Positions 19,195 through 29,330 of a stretch of 64,000 nucleotides of DNA are shown here, piece by piece; position 1 is the stretch's first letter, and every line of letters starts with the position of its first letter. The notes under the pieces are model-generated. The model did not search any database. It was not told the DNA's origin and was given only the letters and a program-made list of their open reading frames with translations. The DNA comes from an uncultured delta proteobacterium (lineage in GTDB: Bacteria > Myxococcota_A > Polyangia > Palsa-1104), in NCBI GenBank assembly GCA_963785725.1, contig CAWAWS010000038.1, positions 19,397-83,396 of the forward strand, in the 5' to 3' direction. Both the position numbers and the translations under genes were made by a program.

Positions 19195-20159
19195 GGCGCC
19201 ACGGGCAGCACGATTTGGAAGCTCGCGCCTTGGCCTTCCGAGACGACGCTGACGCGACCGCGATGCGCGCGCACGATGTGATGCACCATGGCTAAGCCGA
19301 GCCCCGTTCCCGGCACGTCGGGCAGCGCCGGATCGACGACGCGATAGAACTTCTCGAAGATGCGCGACTGCGCGTGCTGCGGAATGCCCGGCCCGTTGTC
19401 GCTGATGGTGATGAAGATCTCGCGCTCGTGCTGCACGGCGCGCACGCCGATCTCCTTCGACTCGCGACGGGTGAAGCGCAGCGCGTTCGACATGACGTTG
19501 AGCAGCGCCTCCGACATCGCTTCGGGGTCGACATCGAGCTCCGGCAATCCCTCGGCGATCTCTTTACGCACCGTCGTCACGTCTTCGAGGCCACCGAGCT
19601 TCACCTGCACCTCGAGACCGCGCAGCGCGCCGTCGATGACCTCGCTGACGCTGACGCGCTCGGGCTGGTAGCCGCGCTTGCCCGCCTCCATGCGCGCCCA
19701 CTCCAGCAGGCGCTCGACCATCGCCGTCAGACGATCGGTCTCGCGCGATAGAATATCGAGACACTCCGACACTTTATCGGGATCGGCGATGCGCCCGCCC
19801 TGCAGCGTTTCGACGAACATCTTGATGCTGGTGAGCGGTGTACGCAGATCATGCGACACTTTTTGCACGAACTCCGCCTGTAGCTTCGCCAGCGACGTAC
19901 CGCGGCGCACGTAGACGACCGTCGCGGTCACGCCCGCGATCAACGTCGCGGCCAACGACAAGATCAGCACGCCGAAGACGGTGTCGTGCACCTGATGGCC
20001 GAACACCAGCACCAGCACACCGACGGTGAGCAATAGCGCCGCCGGCGCGACCGCGAAGCACAAGACGAGCACGACCAGCATCCGTATCTGCGCTGCGTAC
20101 TTGTCATACTTCTTTGTACCGGTCGTCAGCGACGGGTGAGTGGGCATTGCCTGCTCCAT
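19191..20159 (-). CDS. Sensor histidine kinase (HisKA plus HATPase), two TM helices
   Basis: VSHDLRTPLTSI, NVMSNALRF, DNGPGI, GTGLGL. Start uncertain (20159 or 20147). Confidence 0.93.
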   Translation of the reverse strand: MEQAMPTHPSLTTGTKKYDKYAAQIRMLVVLVLCFAVAPAALLLTVGVLVLVFGHQVHDTVFGVLILSLAATLIAGVTATVVYVRRGTSLAKLQAEFVQKVSHDLRTPLTSIKMFVETLQGGRIADPDKVSECLDILSRETDRLTAMVERLLEWARMEAGKRGYQPERVSVSEVIDGALRGLEVQVKLGGLEDVTTVRKEIAEGLPELDVDPEAMSEALLNVMSNALRFTRRESKEIGVRAVQHEREIFITISDNGPGIPQHAQSRIFEKFYRVVDPALPDVPGTGLGLAMVHHIVRAHRGRVSVVSEGQGASFQIVLPVAP

Positions 20160-20211
20160 CTTATGACCCCGCCATGACACGGCCGTGACAATCGCTGTCC
20201 ACAATACGAGT

Positions 20212-21117
20212 ATGCCTGCTTCCAAAGCGCTGCGCGATGCTGACGACCGCTTGGACCCGGTCCAGTCGATTCCGTTCTTCTTGGTTCATCTGACTGCGCT
20301 CATCGGTCCCTTCTTCGTGGGTTTCAAGTGGTGGTACGTCGCGGCGGCGCTTGCGAGCTATTACGTGCGCATGTTCTTCGTGACGGCGGGCTATCACCGC
20401 TACTTCTCGCACCGCGCGTACAAGACGAGCCGCTGGTTCCAGTTCGTGCTCGCGTTCATGTCCGAGACGTCGGCGCAAAAGGGCGTGCTGTGGTGGGCGG
20501 CGCATCATCGCGATCACCATAAGTATTCCGATCAGCCGGAAGACATCCACTCGGTGCGCCAGAGCGGCCTGTTCGAGTCGCACGTGGGCTGGATCTTGTC
20601 GCGCCGTTACAACGAGACCAAGCTCGATCGCATCAAGGATTTCGCGCAGTATCCCGAGCTGCGCTGGCTCAACCAGTATCCGATGACGCCGGCGGTGCTG
20701 CTGGCGGTGGCGATGTTCGCCTTCGGTGGCGCGCCGCTGTTGATGTGGGGCTTCTTCGTGCCGACGGTCCTGTTGTGGCACGGCACGTTCACCATCAACT
20801 CGCTGTCGCACGTCTTCGGCAAGGTCCGCTACGAGAGCAAGGACGACAGCAAGAACAACTGGCTGCTCGCGCTCATCACCTGCGGCGAAGGCTGGCACAA
20901 CAATCACCACTATTATCAGTCGACTGCGAATCAGGGCTTCTTCTGGTGGGAGGTCGACCTCAGCTATTACGCGCTGCGTGCGCTGAGCGTTGTCGGCATC
21001 GTGTGGGATCTGCGCACGCCGCCAGCGCACATTCGCGCCAAGACGATCGCGGCCACGGCGGCGGCGACCGGCTCCGAGAGCGTGCCCGCGCGCGTCGCCG
21101 CCGACCGCCGCGACTAA
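20212..21117 (+). CDS. Delta-9 acyl-CoA (fatty acid) desaturase
   Basis: His boxes YHRYFSH, HHRDHH, GEGWHNNHH. Confidence 0.95.
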   Translation: MPASKALRDADDRLDPVQSIPFFLVHLTALIGPFFVGFKWWYVAAALASYYVRMFFVTAGYHRYFSHRAYKTSRWFQFVLAFMSETSAQKGVLWWAAHHRDHHKYSDQPEDIHSVRQSGLFESHVGWILSRRYNETKLDRIKDFAQYPELRWLNQYPMTPAVLLAVAMFAFGGAPLLMWGFFVPTVLLWHGTFTINSLSHVFGKVRYESKDDSKNNWLLALITCGEGWHNNHHYYQSTANQGFFWWEVDLSYYALRALSVVGIVWDLRTPPAHIRAKTIAATAAATGSESVPARVAADRRD

Positions 21118-21133
21118 CTCCCTTTGCAAGCCT

Positions 21134-21221
21134 GAGCGGAGCCATAACGGGCGCGCGCGAGTTGTCTTCCGCAGCCCGTAGGGCGAGGACTGTTTGAGCG
21201 CGCGCCTGTTATGGCGGAGCG
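21134..21221. repeat. REP-like palindromic element, copy 1
   Basis: GCCATAACGGGCGCGCGC...GCCCGTAGGGC...GCGCGCGCCTGTTATGGC; homologous to 22104-22192. Confidence 0.85.
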
Positions 21222-22012
21222 TCTCGAGGCGCGTAACCGAGCCGCGCGAGCGACATCCGGCGCGCCAGCCGCCGCACCAGCGCGCGCGGCGCGAAGTGCG
21301 TCGACGCCGCCAGCAGCTTGTTGCCAAAGCCGGGCACTGCGAGCACGCGACCGCGCGCCGCGGCGTCGATGCCGAAGCGGGCGCAGTCTTCGGCGGTCAT
21401 TTCGTGGGCCGGCGGCTTGCGCTCTTCAGCGAGGCCACCGACGGAGAAGATCTCGGTCGTGACCGGGCCGGGGCAGAGCGCGGTGACGGTGATGCCGCGA
21501 CCGCGCAGCTCCTCGGCGAGCGCTTCGGAGAATGAGATGACGAAGGCTTTGGTCGCGCCGTAGGTGGCCATGAACGGCGTCGGCTGAAAGCCCGCGCCCG
21601 ACGCGACGTTCAAGATGACGCCGCGGCCGCGCGCCAAGAATGCGGGCACGAACGCGCCGGTGAGCGCGACCAGCGCCTCGCAGTTCAGCCGCACCGACGC
21701 CGCTTGCACGGCCGCGTCGTCGTCGGCGAAGGCGCCGAGGCGGGCGGTGCCGGCGTTGTTGACGAGCCAGCCGGCGCCGCCGAGCTCGCGCGCGCGGCCC
21801 GCAATCTGCGCCGCCGCGCCGTCAGCTGTGACGTCGAGCGCCAGCGCGTGAATGGGCGCGTGCCCCGCCGACGCCGCGCGCGCCGCCAGCTGTAGCAGCC
21901 GATCGCCGCGTCGCGCGACCGCCAACACCTCGTGACCACGCGCCGACAACTGCCGCGCAAACTCCGCCCCAATCCCCGACGAAGCCCCAGTCACAACGGC
22001 CAAATCACCCAT
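21209..22012 (-). CDS. Short-chain dehydrogenase/reductase (DltE-like)
   Basis: TGASSGIG, NNAG, YGATK, LCPGP. Confidence 0.93.
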   Translation of the reverse strand: MGDLAVVTGASSGIGAEFARQLSARGHEVLAVARRGDRLLQLAARAASAGHAPIHALALDVTADGAAAQIAGRARELGGAGWLVNNAGTARLGAFADDDAAVQAASVRLNCEALVALTGAFVPAFLARGRGVILNVASGAGFQPTPFMATYGATKAFVISFSEALAEELRGRGITVTALCPGPVTTEIFSVGGLAEERKPPAHEMTAEDCARFGIDAAARGRVLAVPGFGNKLLAASTHFAPRALVRRLARRMSLARLGYAPRDAPP

Positions 22013-22103
22013 GCGATCGCTATATCACGCCACCCCCGCGCAAAAACTCGCGTTCGGCCGCCGACCTCTGCAGCGCTGCTCCGGGTTCGGTCCGGTCAAG
22101 CCA

Positions 22104-22192
22104 GAGCGGAGACATCACGAGAGCGCGCGCGAGTTGTCTTGCGCAGCCCGTAGGGCGAGCGCTGTCTGAGCGCGCGCTCGTTTGTCGGAGCG
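22104..22192. repeat. REP-like palindromic element, copy 2
   Basis: GAGCGGAG...GCGCGCGCGAGTTGTCTT.CGCAGCCCGTAGGGCGAG...TGAGCGCGCGC...CGGAGCG shared with copy 1. Confidence 0.85.
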
Positions 22193-22200
22193 ACTGCCTC

Positions 22201-23343
22201 TCACATCTTGTATTCGTTTTCCGCCGCCGACGCCGGCTTGATGAGCACCTGCTGGCCCTCGACGAGGCCGTCGACGATCTCGAGCTCGCGGTCATTGCGC
22301 GCGCCCACGTGCACCTCGGTCTTGACCTGCTTCTGCTTGCCCTTCGCGTCGAGCTCGATCTTCGTCACGTACTGCTTGCCCGACTCCTTGACGACCGCTT
22401 CGATCGGCAGCGCCAACACGTGCTCGCGCTTCTCGATGTGAATGCGCACGTCCGCCGTCATGCCCGGCTTGATCGCCGAATCCGCCTTCACCAGCGTCGC
22501 CTCGACGGGAAACACGTCGACCGTCTTGTCCTTGGGCGTAATCGACGCGGGCGCGATCTTCGTGATCGTCGCGTCGTACGACTTGCCCGGCAGCGCGTCG
22601 AGCGTGACCGACACCTTCTGGCCCATGCGCACTTTGGCCACGTCGATCTGATTCAGGTCCGCCTTCACCAGCAAGGTCGACAGATCGCTCACCGTCAAGA
22701 GCGCCTTGCCTTCGAACGTCGCTTGCACGCCCGGCGTCACGACCTCGCCCGGCTGAATGCCGCGCTCGGTCACCGTGCCGTCCATCGGCGCCGTGATGCG
22801 CGTGTAGTGCAGCTGATCCGACGCTGCGTTGTATGCCACCTGCGCCGTCTGCACCGCGACGCGCTTGGCCTTCACGTCCGACTTGGCCGTGTCGACGTCC
22901 ATCTGGGTCACGCCGCGATCGGCGAGCCCTTTTTCGCGGCGCTGCAGCTGCAGCTCGGAGAACTCGAGCGCGTTCTGCGCCGCCGCCATGTCGGCCTCGC
23001 TCTTGGCCACGTTGCGCTCGTAGTCGACCGGATCGAGCTGCAACAGGAGCTGCCCCTTCCTGACGTGATCGCCGGCGTCGACGAGCACCTTCGCCACCTG
23101 CCCCGACACCTTCGACTTGACCTCGACCTTCTCGCGCGGCTGCACCTTGCCGGTCTCGAGAACCTCGATCGGCAGGTCGCCGCGCTTGACCTTCGTGATC
23201 AGCGACGGATCGAGCGGCTTGTTGTTGCCGAACGACGCCGCCGAGCCGCGGCTGGCGAGCCACAGGCCGATGACGCCACCGACGATGATGAACATGACCA
23301 GGAACGGCACCCAGCGCCGACGCTTGCGAACAGGATTAGCCAT
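22201..23343 (-). CDS. MacA-like periplasmic adaptor (membrane fusion protein)
   Basis: N-terminal TM, VKSKVSGQV lipoyl half, ITAPMDGTV, IKPGMTA. Confidence 0.92.
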   Translation of the reverse strand: MANPVRKRRRWVPFLVMFIIVGGVIGLWLASRGSAASFGNNKPLDPSLITKVKRGDLPIEVLETGKVQPREKVEVKSKVSGQVAKVLVDAGDHVRKGQLLLQLDPVDYERNVAKSEADMAAAQNALEFSELQLQRREKGLADRGVTQMDVDTAKSDVKAKRVAVQTAQVAYNAASDQLHYTRITAPMDGTVTERGIQPGEVVTPGVQATFEGKALLTVSDLSTLLVKADLNQIDVAKVRMGQKVSVTLDALPGKSYDATITKIAPASITPKDKTVDVFPVEATLVKADSAIKPGMTADVRIHIEKREHVLALPIEAVVKESGKQYVTKIELDAKGKQKQVKTEVHVGARNDRELEIVDGLVEGQQVLIKPASAAENEYKM

Positions 23344-24751
23344 TGTCGGTCCCCACGATGAATCCGAGCGCCGCCTGCAGCTCCAGCCACTGCTCTTGCA
23401 GTGACGCCGTGACGTCGGCCAGGTTGAGCTCGGCAGTCGACAGATCGAGCTGCGCTTCGAGGTAATCGGTCATCAAGATATCGCCGTTCTTGTAGCGCGA
23501 CTCCTGAATCGTCAAGTTGTCGCGGGCGATCTCGCGCGCGGTGATGAGCGGCGCGCGCTTGGCATACAGCCGCACGAGGTTCGCATGCGCGTTGCGCACG
23601 TCGGCGTCGACGAGCCGCTGGAAACGCCGCTCCTCCTGCATGTTCAGCTTCTCTTGGTAGCGCGCGTCGCCGGTGGCCGTGTACGTGTTGAACGTGTCGA
23701 AGAAGTTCATCGACAGGTTGGCGTACAAGTTCAGATCGCCCTGCAAGCCGACGAACGGGTTGGCCGAGGCGCTGAAGCTCGAGGCACCGCTGGCGATGCT
23801 GAATACGCGATTACCGTACTGAAACAGCGCCGACAGCGACAGCTGCGGGAAGAAGTTGGAGCGCGCGATGCGCACCTGCTGATGCTGCATCTCCGTCTGC
23901 AAGCGCGCGTTCTGCACCTCCGGCCGGCGATGGAAGGCGTCGCGCACCATGTCTTCCGCCGACACCGGCGCCGCATCGGGGATGGGCGGATCGTCGACGA
24001 GCTCGATCTCGCCTTGAATGCCGAGGGTCACGGCGAGACCGGCGGCGGCGGCGCGCGCCTGGCCGAGCAGGTCTTCGACCGCCGAGATCTGCGTCAGCTT
24101 GCGCTGCGTGGCGCGGTTTTTGTCGATGGGCGCCGCCAGTCCGGCGCGAACCCGCGCGTCCGCGATCCGCTCGGCTTCGACGATGCGCTCGAGCGCCGCC
24201 TGCTGCACGGTGGCCAGGATCATCGCGTGCCGAACCTGCCAGTAAGCGCGCGCCACCGAGAGCGCCAAGTCCTTGCGCTGCTGCTTGATCTGCACGATCG
24301 CCGCCGTGTCGTTGAGCTTCGCCTTCTTGACGTTGGCCTCGACGCGGAAACCGCTGAACAAGTAGTAGTTGAACTGCGCGGTGAGGTTGGAGAGACCCTG
24401 CGCCGACGAGTCGGACACGGCACCGCCGAGCGTGCCCATGTTGGCGGTGCAAGCGGCCTTGGAAGCAGTCGTCGTGTAGCCGAAGATCGTGCAGTTGTAC
24501 GCCGTCGGGCCGCCGATGTTGCCGCGGTCCCACAGCTCCTGCAGCTGACCGTCGACCTTGAGCTGGAAGCGATCGAGCTGCGCGCGCAGCACCGCCAGCT
24601 GCGAGCGCTGCTCCGTGATGTGCGCCTCGGCCACCATCGGATCGATGCGCATCGCCAGGCCGACGGCCTCGGCCAAGGTCAGCTTGTGCGGCTCGGCGGC
24701 ACCAGCGACGGCCGACAGCGTGAGCGCGAGGGTCAATACGAGTGTTCGCAT
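23336..24751 (-). CDS. TolC-family outer membrane efflux protein
   Basis: Signal peptide, LTLAEAV, VARAYW, RRPEV, RYKNG; two OEP repeats. Confidence 0.9.
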   Translation of the reverse strand: MRTLVLTLALTLSAVAGAAEPHKLTLAEAVGLAMRIDPMVAEAHITEQRSQLAVLRAQLDRFQLKVDGQLQELWDRGNIGGPTAYNCTIFGYTTTASKAACTANMGTLGGAVSDSSAQGLSNLTAQFNYYLFSGFRVEANVKKAKLNDTAAIVQIKQQRKDLALSVARAYWQVRHAMILATVQQAALERIVEAERIADARVRAGLAAPIDKNRATQRKLTQISAVEDLLGQARAAAAGLAVTLGIQGEIELVDDPPIPDAAPVSAEDMVRDAFHRRPEVQNARLQTEMQHQQVRIARSNFFPQLSLSALFQYGNRVFSIASGASSFSASANPFVGLQGDLNLYANLSMNFFDTFNTYTATGDARYQEKLNMQEERRFQRLVDADVRNAHANLVRLYAKRAPLITAREIARDNLTIQESRYKNGDILMTDYLEAQLDLSTAELNLADVTASLQEQWLELQAALGFIVGTDNG

Positions 24752-24757
24752 GGCGGC

Positions 24758-25597
24758 CTATGACCGGTACGGGTTGCGCGTCTCGTTGGACACGATGATT
24801 CCGTCTTTGAAGCTGACGACGCGCTCGGCGTAGCCGGCGATGTTCGGATCGTGCGTCACCAGCACCACCGTCATTCCTTGTTTGTGCAGCTCGACGAACA
24901 GCTGCATGACCTGCTTCGTCGTCTCGGAGTCGAGCGCGCCCGTCGGCTCGTCGGCGAGCAGCAACAACGGATCATTGACGATGGCGCGCGCGATCGACAC
25001 GCGCTGCTGCTGCCCGCCCGACAGCTGATTGGGCAGGTGATCCATGCGATCGCCGAGACCGACGCGCTCGAGCGCCCGCGCCGCCTTCTGCTTGCGGATG
25101 CCGCGCCGCTGACCGGCATAGACCATCGGCAGCTCGACATTCTCCAGCGCCGTGTCGCGCGCCAACAAGTTGAAGCTCTGGAAGACGAAGCCGATCTTGC
25201 GATTGCGCACCGCCGCCAAGTCGTATTCGTCGAGGTTCTGCACCGGATCGCCGTCGAGCAAGTATTCGCCTTCGGTCGGCCGATCGAGCGCGCCGATGAG
25301 GTTGAGCATCGTCGACTTGCCCGAGCCCGACGCGCCCATGATGGCGACCATCTCGCCGAAGCCGACCGAGAAATCGACCGATTTCAACGCGCGGACCTCG
25401 ATCTCGCCCATGTGGTAAATCTTCGAGACGGCGCGCAGCTCGATGAGCGGATGCGATGGTGCGGTCAATGCCGCTGCCTCGTCGTCGCTGGACTGTTCTT
25501 TCACTGCTGTCACCGCTCCTGCTAGTGTCCGCCGACGACGCAAAGTTTCCAATCCGGCAACGGAAAGTGGGTACTCTTTATTCCGCTTTTTTTGCAA
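24758..25597 (-). CDS. MacB/LolD-type ABC ATP-binding protein (start uncertain)
   Basis: [40 protein letters not shown]. Confidence 0.92.
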   Translation of the reverse strand: MQKKRNKEYPLSVAGLETLRRRRTLAGAVTAVKEQSSDDEAAALTAPSHPLIELRAVSKIYHMGEIEVRALKSVDFSVGFGEMVAIMGASGSGKSTMLNLIGALDRPTEGEYLLDGDPVQNLDEYDLAAVRNRKIGFVFQSFNLLARDTALENVELPMVYAGQRRGIRKQKAARALERVGLGDRMDHLPNQLSGGQQQRVSIARAIVNDPLLLLADEPTGALDSETTKQVMQLFVELHKQGMTVVLVTHDPNIAGYAERVVSFKDGIIVSNETRNPYRS

Positions 25598-26057
25598 GGC
25601 ATGGTCGGCGTGGCGTTGCGGGGCAGTGCGGTCGTCACGGTTACTGCCGCTCTGCGATCCGTGTGGAACACCGCGGCGAGCCGGTTCGTTCGCTCAAGGC
25701 GTCGATTTCGGCGGCCGATGCGTGCCGAGCGCCACCTGCGTGCTCGTCGCTACCGTTGCTGTTGGGGGCGCGCGTGGGTGCCGAGCGCGTGCGCCCGCAA
25801 TAAGCCTCGAACCGGCGTGGCCCGCTCCCACGATGGCCGATTCCAGCGGAGCGGGCTCGCGTGGCCGATTCCTCGCTGGACCGGGCCGTCGGCGATAGCC
25901 GACGCGGGCACCGCCCGCCCGCGCGAGCCCGCCAAGCCGACAACCGCTGCCGCCGCGACCGAGCGGCTGCGCCTCACGCCACGTCCGCCACGTCCGCCTC
26001 GCCGCGACCGCGCGACAGTCGCCGCGCCGCACGCCCCGCCCGCCGCGCCCGTCGCGC

Positions 26058-27482
26058 CTACCGCTCGTGCGGCAACGCCAGCGACTCCAGCGACTTGCGC
26101 TCCGCATCCACGCCCAAGAACCACGCCACCAGCGCGCCACCCATCATCAACAGCGCGCCCGCGGCATACCCGGCGAACACGGCGTCGCGCGACTTGGTCG
26201 CGATGAGCGCGCCGAAGATCGCCGGCGCCGCGAACCCGCCCACGCCCGTGCCCGCCGCGTAGAACACCGCGATCGCCATCGCCCGAATCTCCAGCGGAAA
26301 GACCTCGCTCACCGTCAGATACGCGCTCGAAGCCGCCGTCGACGCGATGAAGAAAATGACGCTCCACATCAGCGTCTGCGTCGTCGCCGTCAACACCCCG
26401 CGCGCGAACAGCCAGCCGGTCACGAGCAACAAGACCGACGACACGGCATACGTCGCCGCGATCATGCGCCGCCGCCCGATGCTGTCGAAGAGCCGCCCGA
26501 TCGTCAGCGGGCCCAAGAAGTTGCCGGCCGCGAACGGCACGATGTAGTAGCCGATATGCTCCGCCGGCACGCCGTAGAACGTGCTCAGCACCAGCGAATA
26601 GGTGAAGAACACGGCGTTGTAGAAGAACGCCTGCGAGATCATCAAGCCGAGCCCGAGCAGCGTGCGCCGGCGATAGGGCCCGACCAAAATGCGCGCCACG
26701 TCGAGCAGCGTCGTCGTCTTGCGCACGTGAATCTGCACTTTGTCGCCCGAGAACGGCGGCAGCGACGTCAGCTTGTCCTCGCGCATGACCGTCGCCTCGA
26801 TCTCGCGCACGATCGCTTCCGCCTCGCGCTCGCGGCCATGAATCAGGAGCCAGCGCGGGCTCTCCGGCAACAGCCGCCGCAAGAACAGGATCGACGTGCC
26901 GATCGTCGCGCCCAGCCCGAACGCCACGCGCCAGCCGAGCCGATGGCCGAGCACCGCCGGATTCAGCAGCAGCACCGACAACAGCGCGCCCATCGCCGCG
27001 CCGACCCAATAGGTGCCGTTGAGCGCGATGTCGGCGAAGCCGCGCACGCGCGCCGGCAACAGCTCGTCGATGGCCGAGTTCATGGCCGCGCTCTCGCCGC
27101 CGATGCCGAAGCCGGTCAGCGCGCGAAAGCAGATGAACGACGTAAAGCTCCACGACAGCGCCGTCATCGCCGTCGCCGCCAAGTAGACGCCGAGCGTCAC
27201 CAGGAACAGCTTTTTACGGCCGAGCGCGTCGGTGAGCCGGCCGAAGAAGAGCGCGCCCGCGATCGCGCCGCCGAGATAGGCCGTGGCCGAGTAGCCGACC
27301 TCGCGCGCGGTCAGCGCCAGCGTGTCCGACTCCTGCAGCACCGAGCCGAGCGCGCCGACGATCGTCACCTCCAGCCCATCGAGGATCCAGGTGATGCCGA
27401 GCGCGATGACGACGAGCCAATGCCAGCGCGACCACGGCAGCCGATCGAGCCGCGCCGGAATGTCGGTCGCGACTACGTCCAC
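26058..27482 (-). CDS. MFS transporter (sugar-porter-like)
   Basis: [39 protein letters not shown]; about 12 TM. Confidence 0.93.
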   Translation of the reverse strand: MDVVATDIPARLDRLPWSRWHWLVVIALGITWILDGLEVTIVGALGSVLQESDTLALTAREVGYSATAYLGGAIAGALFFGRLTDALGRKKLFLVTLGVYLAATAMTALSWSFTSFICFRALTGFGIGGESAAMNSAIDELLPARVRGFADIALNGTYWVGAAMGALLSVLLLNPAVLGHRLGWRVAFGLGATIGTSILFLRRLLPESPRWLLIHGREREAEAIVREIEATVMREDKLTSLPPFSGDKVQIHVRKTTTLLDVARILVGPYRRRTLLGLGLMISQAFFYNAVFFTYSLVLSTFYGVPAEHIGYYIVPFAAGNFLGPLTIGRLFDSIGRRRMIAATYAVSSVLLLVTGWLFARGVLTATTQTLMWSVIFFIASTAASSAYLTVSEVFPLEIRAMAIAVFYAAGTGVGGFAAPAIFGALIATKSRDAVFAGYAAGALLMMGGALVAWFLGVDAERKSLESLALPHER

Positions 27483-27982
27483 GCCGACAGCTCGCGCTCG
27501 AACGCCGCCGTCGCCTCGCCGTTGAACGTGCAGAACACGACCTCCGCCGGCAGGTCATGCGCCGCCAGCCACGTCTGCACTTCGCGCACGGCAATTTGCG
27601 CGGCCGCGTCGATCGGATAGCCGTAAATTCCCGTCGAGATCGCCGGAAACGCGAGCGTGCGCAAGCCGTGCTGCGTGGCGATCTCGAGCGCCCGCCGATG
27701 GCACGACGCCAGCAGCGCCGGCTCGTTCTTGGCGCCGCCGTTCCACACCGGACCGACCGTATGAATGATGTGCCGCGCGGGCAGTTTGTAGCCGCGCGTC
27801 AGCTTGGCGTCGCCGGTCTTGCAGCCGCCGAGCAGGCGACACTCGTGCACCAAGTCGGGCCCGGCCGCGCGGTGAATCGCGCCGTCGACGCCGCCACCGC
27901 CGAGCAGCGACGAGTTGGCCGCGTTGACGATGACGTCGACGTCCAGCTTCGTGATGTCGCCCTGCCAAACGCGCGTGCGCAT
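27473..27982 (-). CDS. ymdB: Macrodomain O-acetyl-ADP-ribose deacetylase (YmdB-like)
   Basis: [48 protein letters not shown]. Confidence 0.95.
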   Translation of the reverse strand: MRTRVWQGDITKLDVDVIVNAANSSLLGGGGVDGAIHRAAGPDLVHECRLLGGCKTGDAKLTRGYKLPARHIIHTVGPVWNGGAKNEPALLASCHRRALEIATQHGLRTLAFPAISTGIYGYPIDAAAQIAVREVQTWLAAHDLPAEVVFCTFNGEATAAFERELSAWT

Positions 27983-27983
27983 G

Positions 27984-29051
27984 CTACCTGGCCATAAGCA
28001 CCCAGACGTCGCCTTGCACGGTCATGGTCTGGGCGGCGACGCGCGCATACTCGTCGTCGCCGAAAAAGAGGTCCATGCGCTGGCCTTTGATGCCCGCGCC
28101 CGTGTCTTGCGCCATCATCACGCGCGACATCGGCGTCCAGCCCGTCACCGCGCCGTTCTCGACGACGGGCCGCTGCACTTTGACGAACAACAACGCGCCC
28201 ATCGGCACGCGCTCGGTGTCGACGGCGACCGAGCGACCGGGCACGAGCGGCCCGAACTTGCCGCCGCCCGCCTTCTCCACTTTCTTGAAGAACACGAAGT
28301 GCGCGTTCTTGCCCCAGTAGACGTTCAGCTCCGCCGGATGGGCCGTGAAATAGGCGCGCGCCTTCGGATTGCCCGGCTGCTGCGTCGCCGGCGCCGGTCC
28401 CGGCGGCAAGCGCCCGTCGGACTGCAGCAGCTTCGACACGTTCTGATACGGCTGGCCGTTGTTGCCGTCGGCGCCGACGGCGAGCTTGGCGCCGTTGGGC
28501 AGCTCGATCTGGCCCGCGCCTTCGACCTGCAGCGCCAGCGCGTCATAGGCATCAGCCAGCCACACGAGCTCGAGGTCCTTGTGATCGAGCGCGCCCGCCA
28601 GAATCTGCGCCGTCGTCGTCTTGGCGCTGGCATCGGTGGGGCGACGATAGAGCGGGAAGCGATAGGTCTCGTCGCGCGTGAGGCTGCCCTTGACCGTCGG
28701 CGTGTGATAGGCCGTGAACGTCACGTGGCCCGGTCCGACGCGCCGCCACTCGTAGTTGTACTGCAGCGCGCCGCACAGGTTCGTCAGATCCTTGGCCTTG
28801 GCATAGGCCGCCAGCGGTCGCAGCGTCTTGGCCGCGTATTCGGCGCCGCTCACCTGCAGCGCGCCGATCGGCAGCTTCATGGTCGACTTCTCGAGCGCCG
28901 CCGATTCGCGCTCGATGGCCACGATCAGCGACGGCAGATCGAAGTCGTCGCAGACCACCGTCAACGACGGCGCCGCCTCCGGCGCCAGCTCGGCGCGCGC
29001 GACGGTCGACGACAACAGGAGCCCCACCAACAGCATCACCCGCGATGACAT
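27984..29051 (-). CDS. mltA: MltA-family lytic transglycosylase with 3D domain
   Basis: [42 protein letters not shown]. Start MSSRVMLL. Confidence 0.88.
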   Translation of the reverse strand: MSSRVMLLVGLLLSSTVARAELAPEAAPSLTVVCDDFDLPSLIVAIERESAALEKSTMKLPIGALQVSGAEYAAKTLRPLAAYAKAKDLTNLCGALQYNYEWRRVGPGHVTFTAYHTPTVKGSLTRDETYRFPLYRRPTDASAKTTTAQILAGALDHKDLELVWLADAYDALALQVEGAGQIELPNGAKLAVGADGNNGQPYQNVSKLLQSDGRLPPGPAPATQQPGNPKARAYFTAHPAELNVYWGKNAHFVFFKKVEKAGGGKFGPLVPGRSVAVDTERVPMGALLFVKVQRPVVENGAVTGWTPMSRVMMAQDTGAGIKGQRMDLFFGDDEYARVAAQTMTVQGDVWVLMAR

Positions 29052-29078
29052 GGGTCGGCATTGTAGTAGACTCGGGGC

Positions 29079-29324
29079 GTGACGCGCTCTTTCCTGTTGC
29101 TCGTGACGCTGATGTCGCTGCCCGCCTGCAGCGATCGCTTCACGCCCGCGCCGCTGCCCGACTTGCGCAAAGATCCCTATGACTTCTCGGTAGTTGTGCC
29201 GCCTTATACGGGACCGGGCGCGGACATGGTCACGGGCGGCGGCGGCGGTGGCGGCGCAGGCGGCGGCATGGTGTCGCACGACCTGAGCGTTCCGCACGAT
29301 CTCGCCCTCCCACCGTCGGATTAG
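29079..29324 (+). CDS. Small low-complexity lipoprotein
   Basis: Signal peptide ending LPAC; DL/DF/DM motifs and poly-Gly. Ends 6 bp before the next gene. Confidence 0.65.
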   Translation: MTRSFLLLVTLMSLPACSDRFTPAPLPDLRKDPYDFSVVVPPYTGPGADMVTGGGGGGGAGGGMVSHDLSVPHDLALPPSD

Positions 29325-29330
29325 CCAATC

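Noticed and set aside
21141..21215. attC-like site (CCATAAC...GTTATGG overlapping the SDR stop)
   Set aside because: R-L box spacing is non-canonical, the second copy lacks the AAC/GTT pair, and no integrase is present; better explained as a REP-like element.
25600..26057. ORFs in the very GC-rich gap between the MFS and ABC genes
   Set aside because: Arg/Pro/Ala-rich translations in all frames with no RBS or motif; treated as intergenic.
27473..27982. Macrodomain gene as part of a toxin-antitoxin or anti-phage system
   Set aside because: Canonical stand-alone YmdB-like sequence between mltA and an MFS gene; no ADP-ribosyltransferase or sirtuin neighbour.
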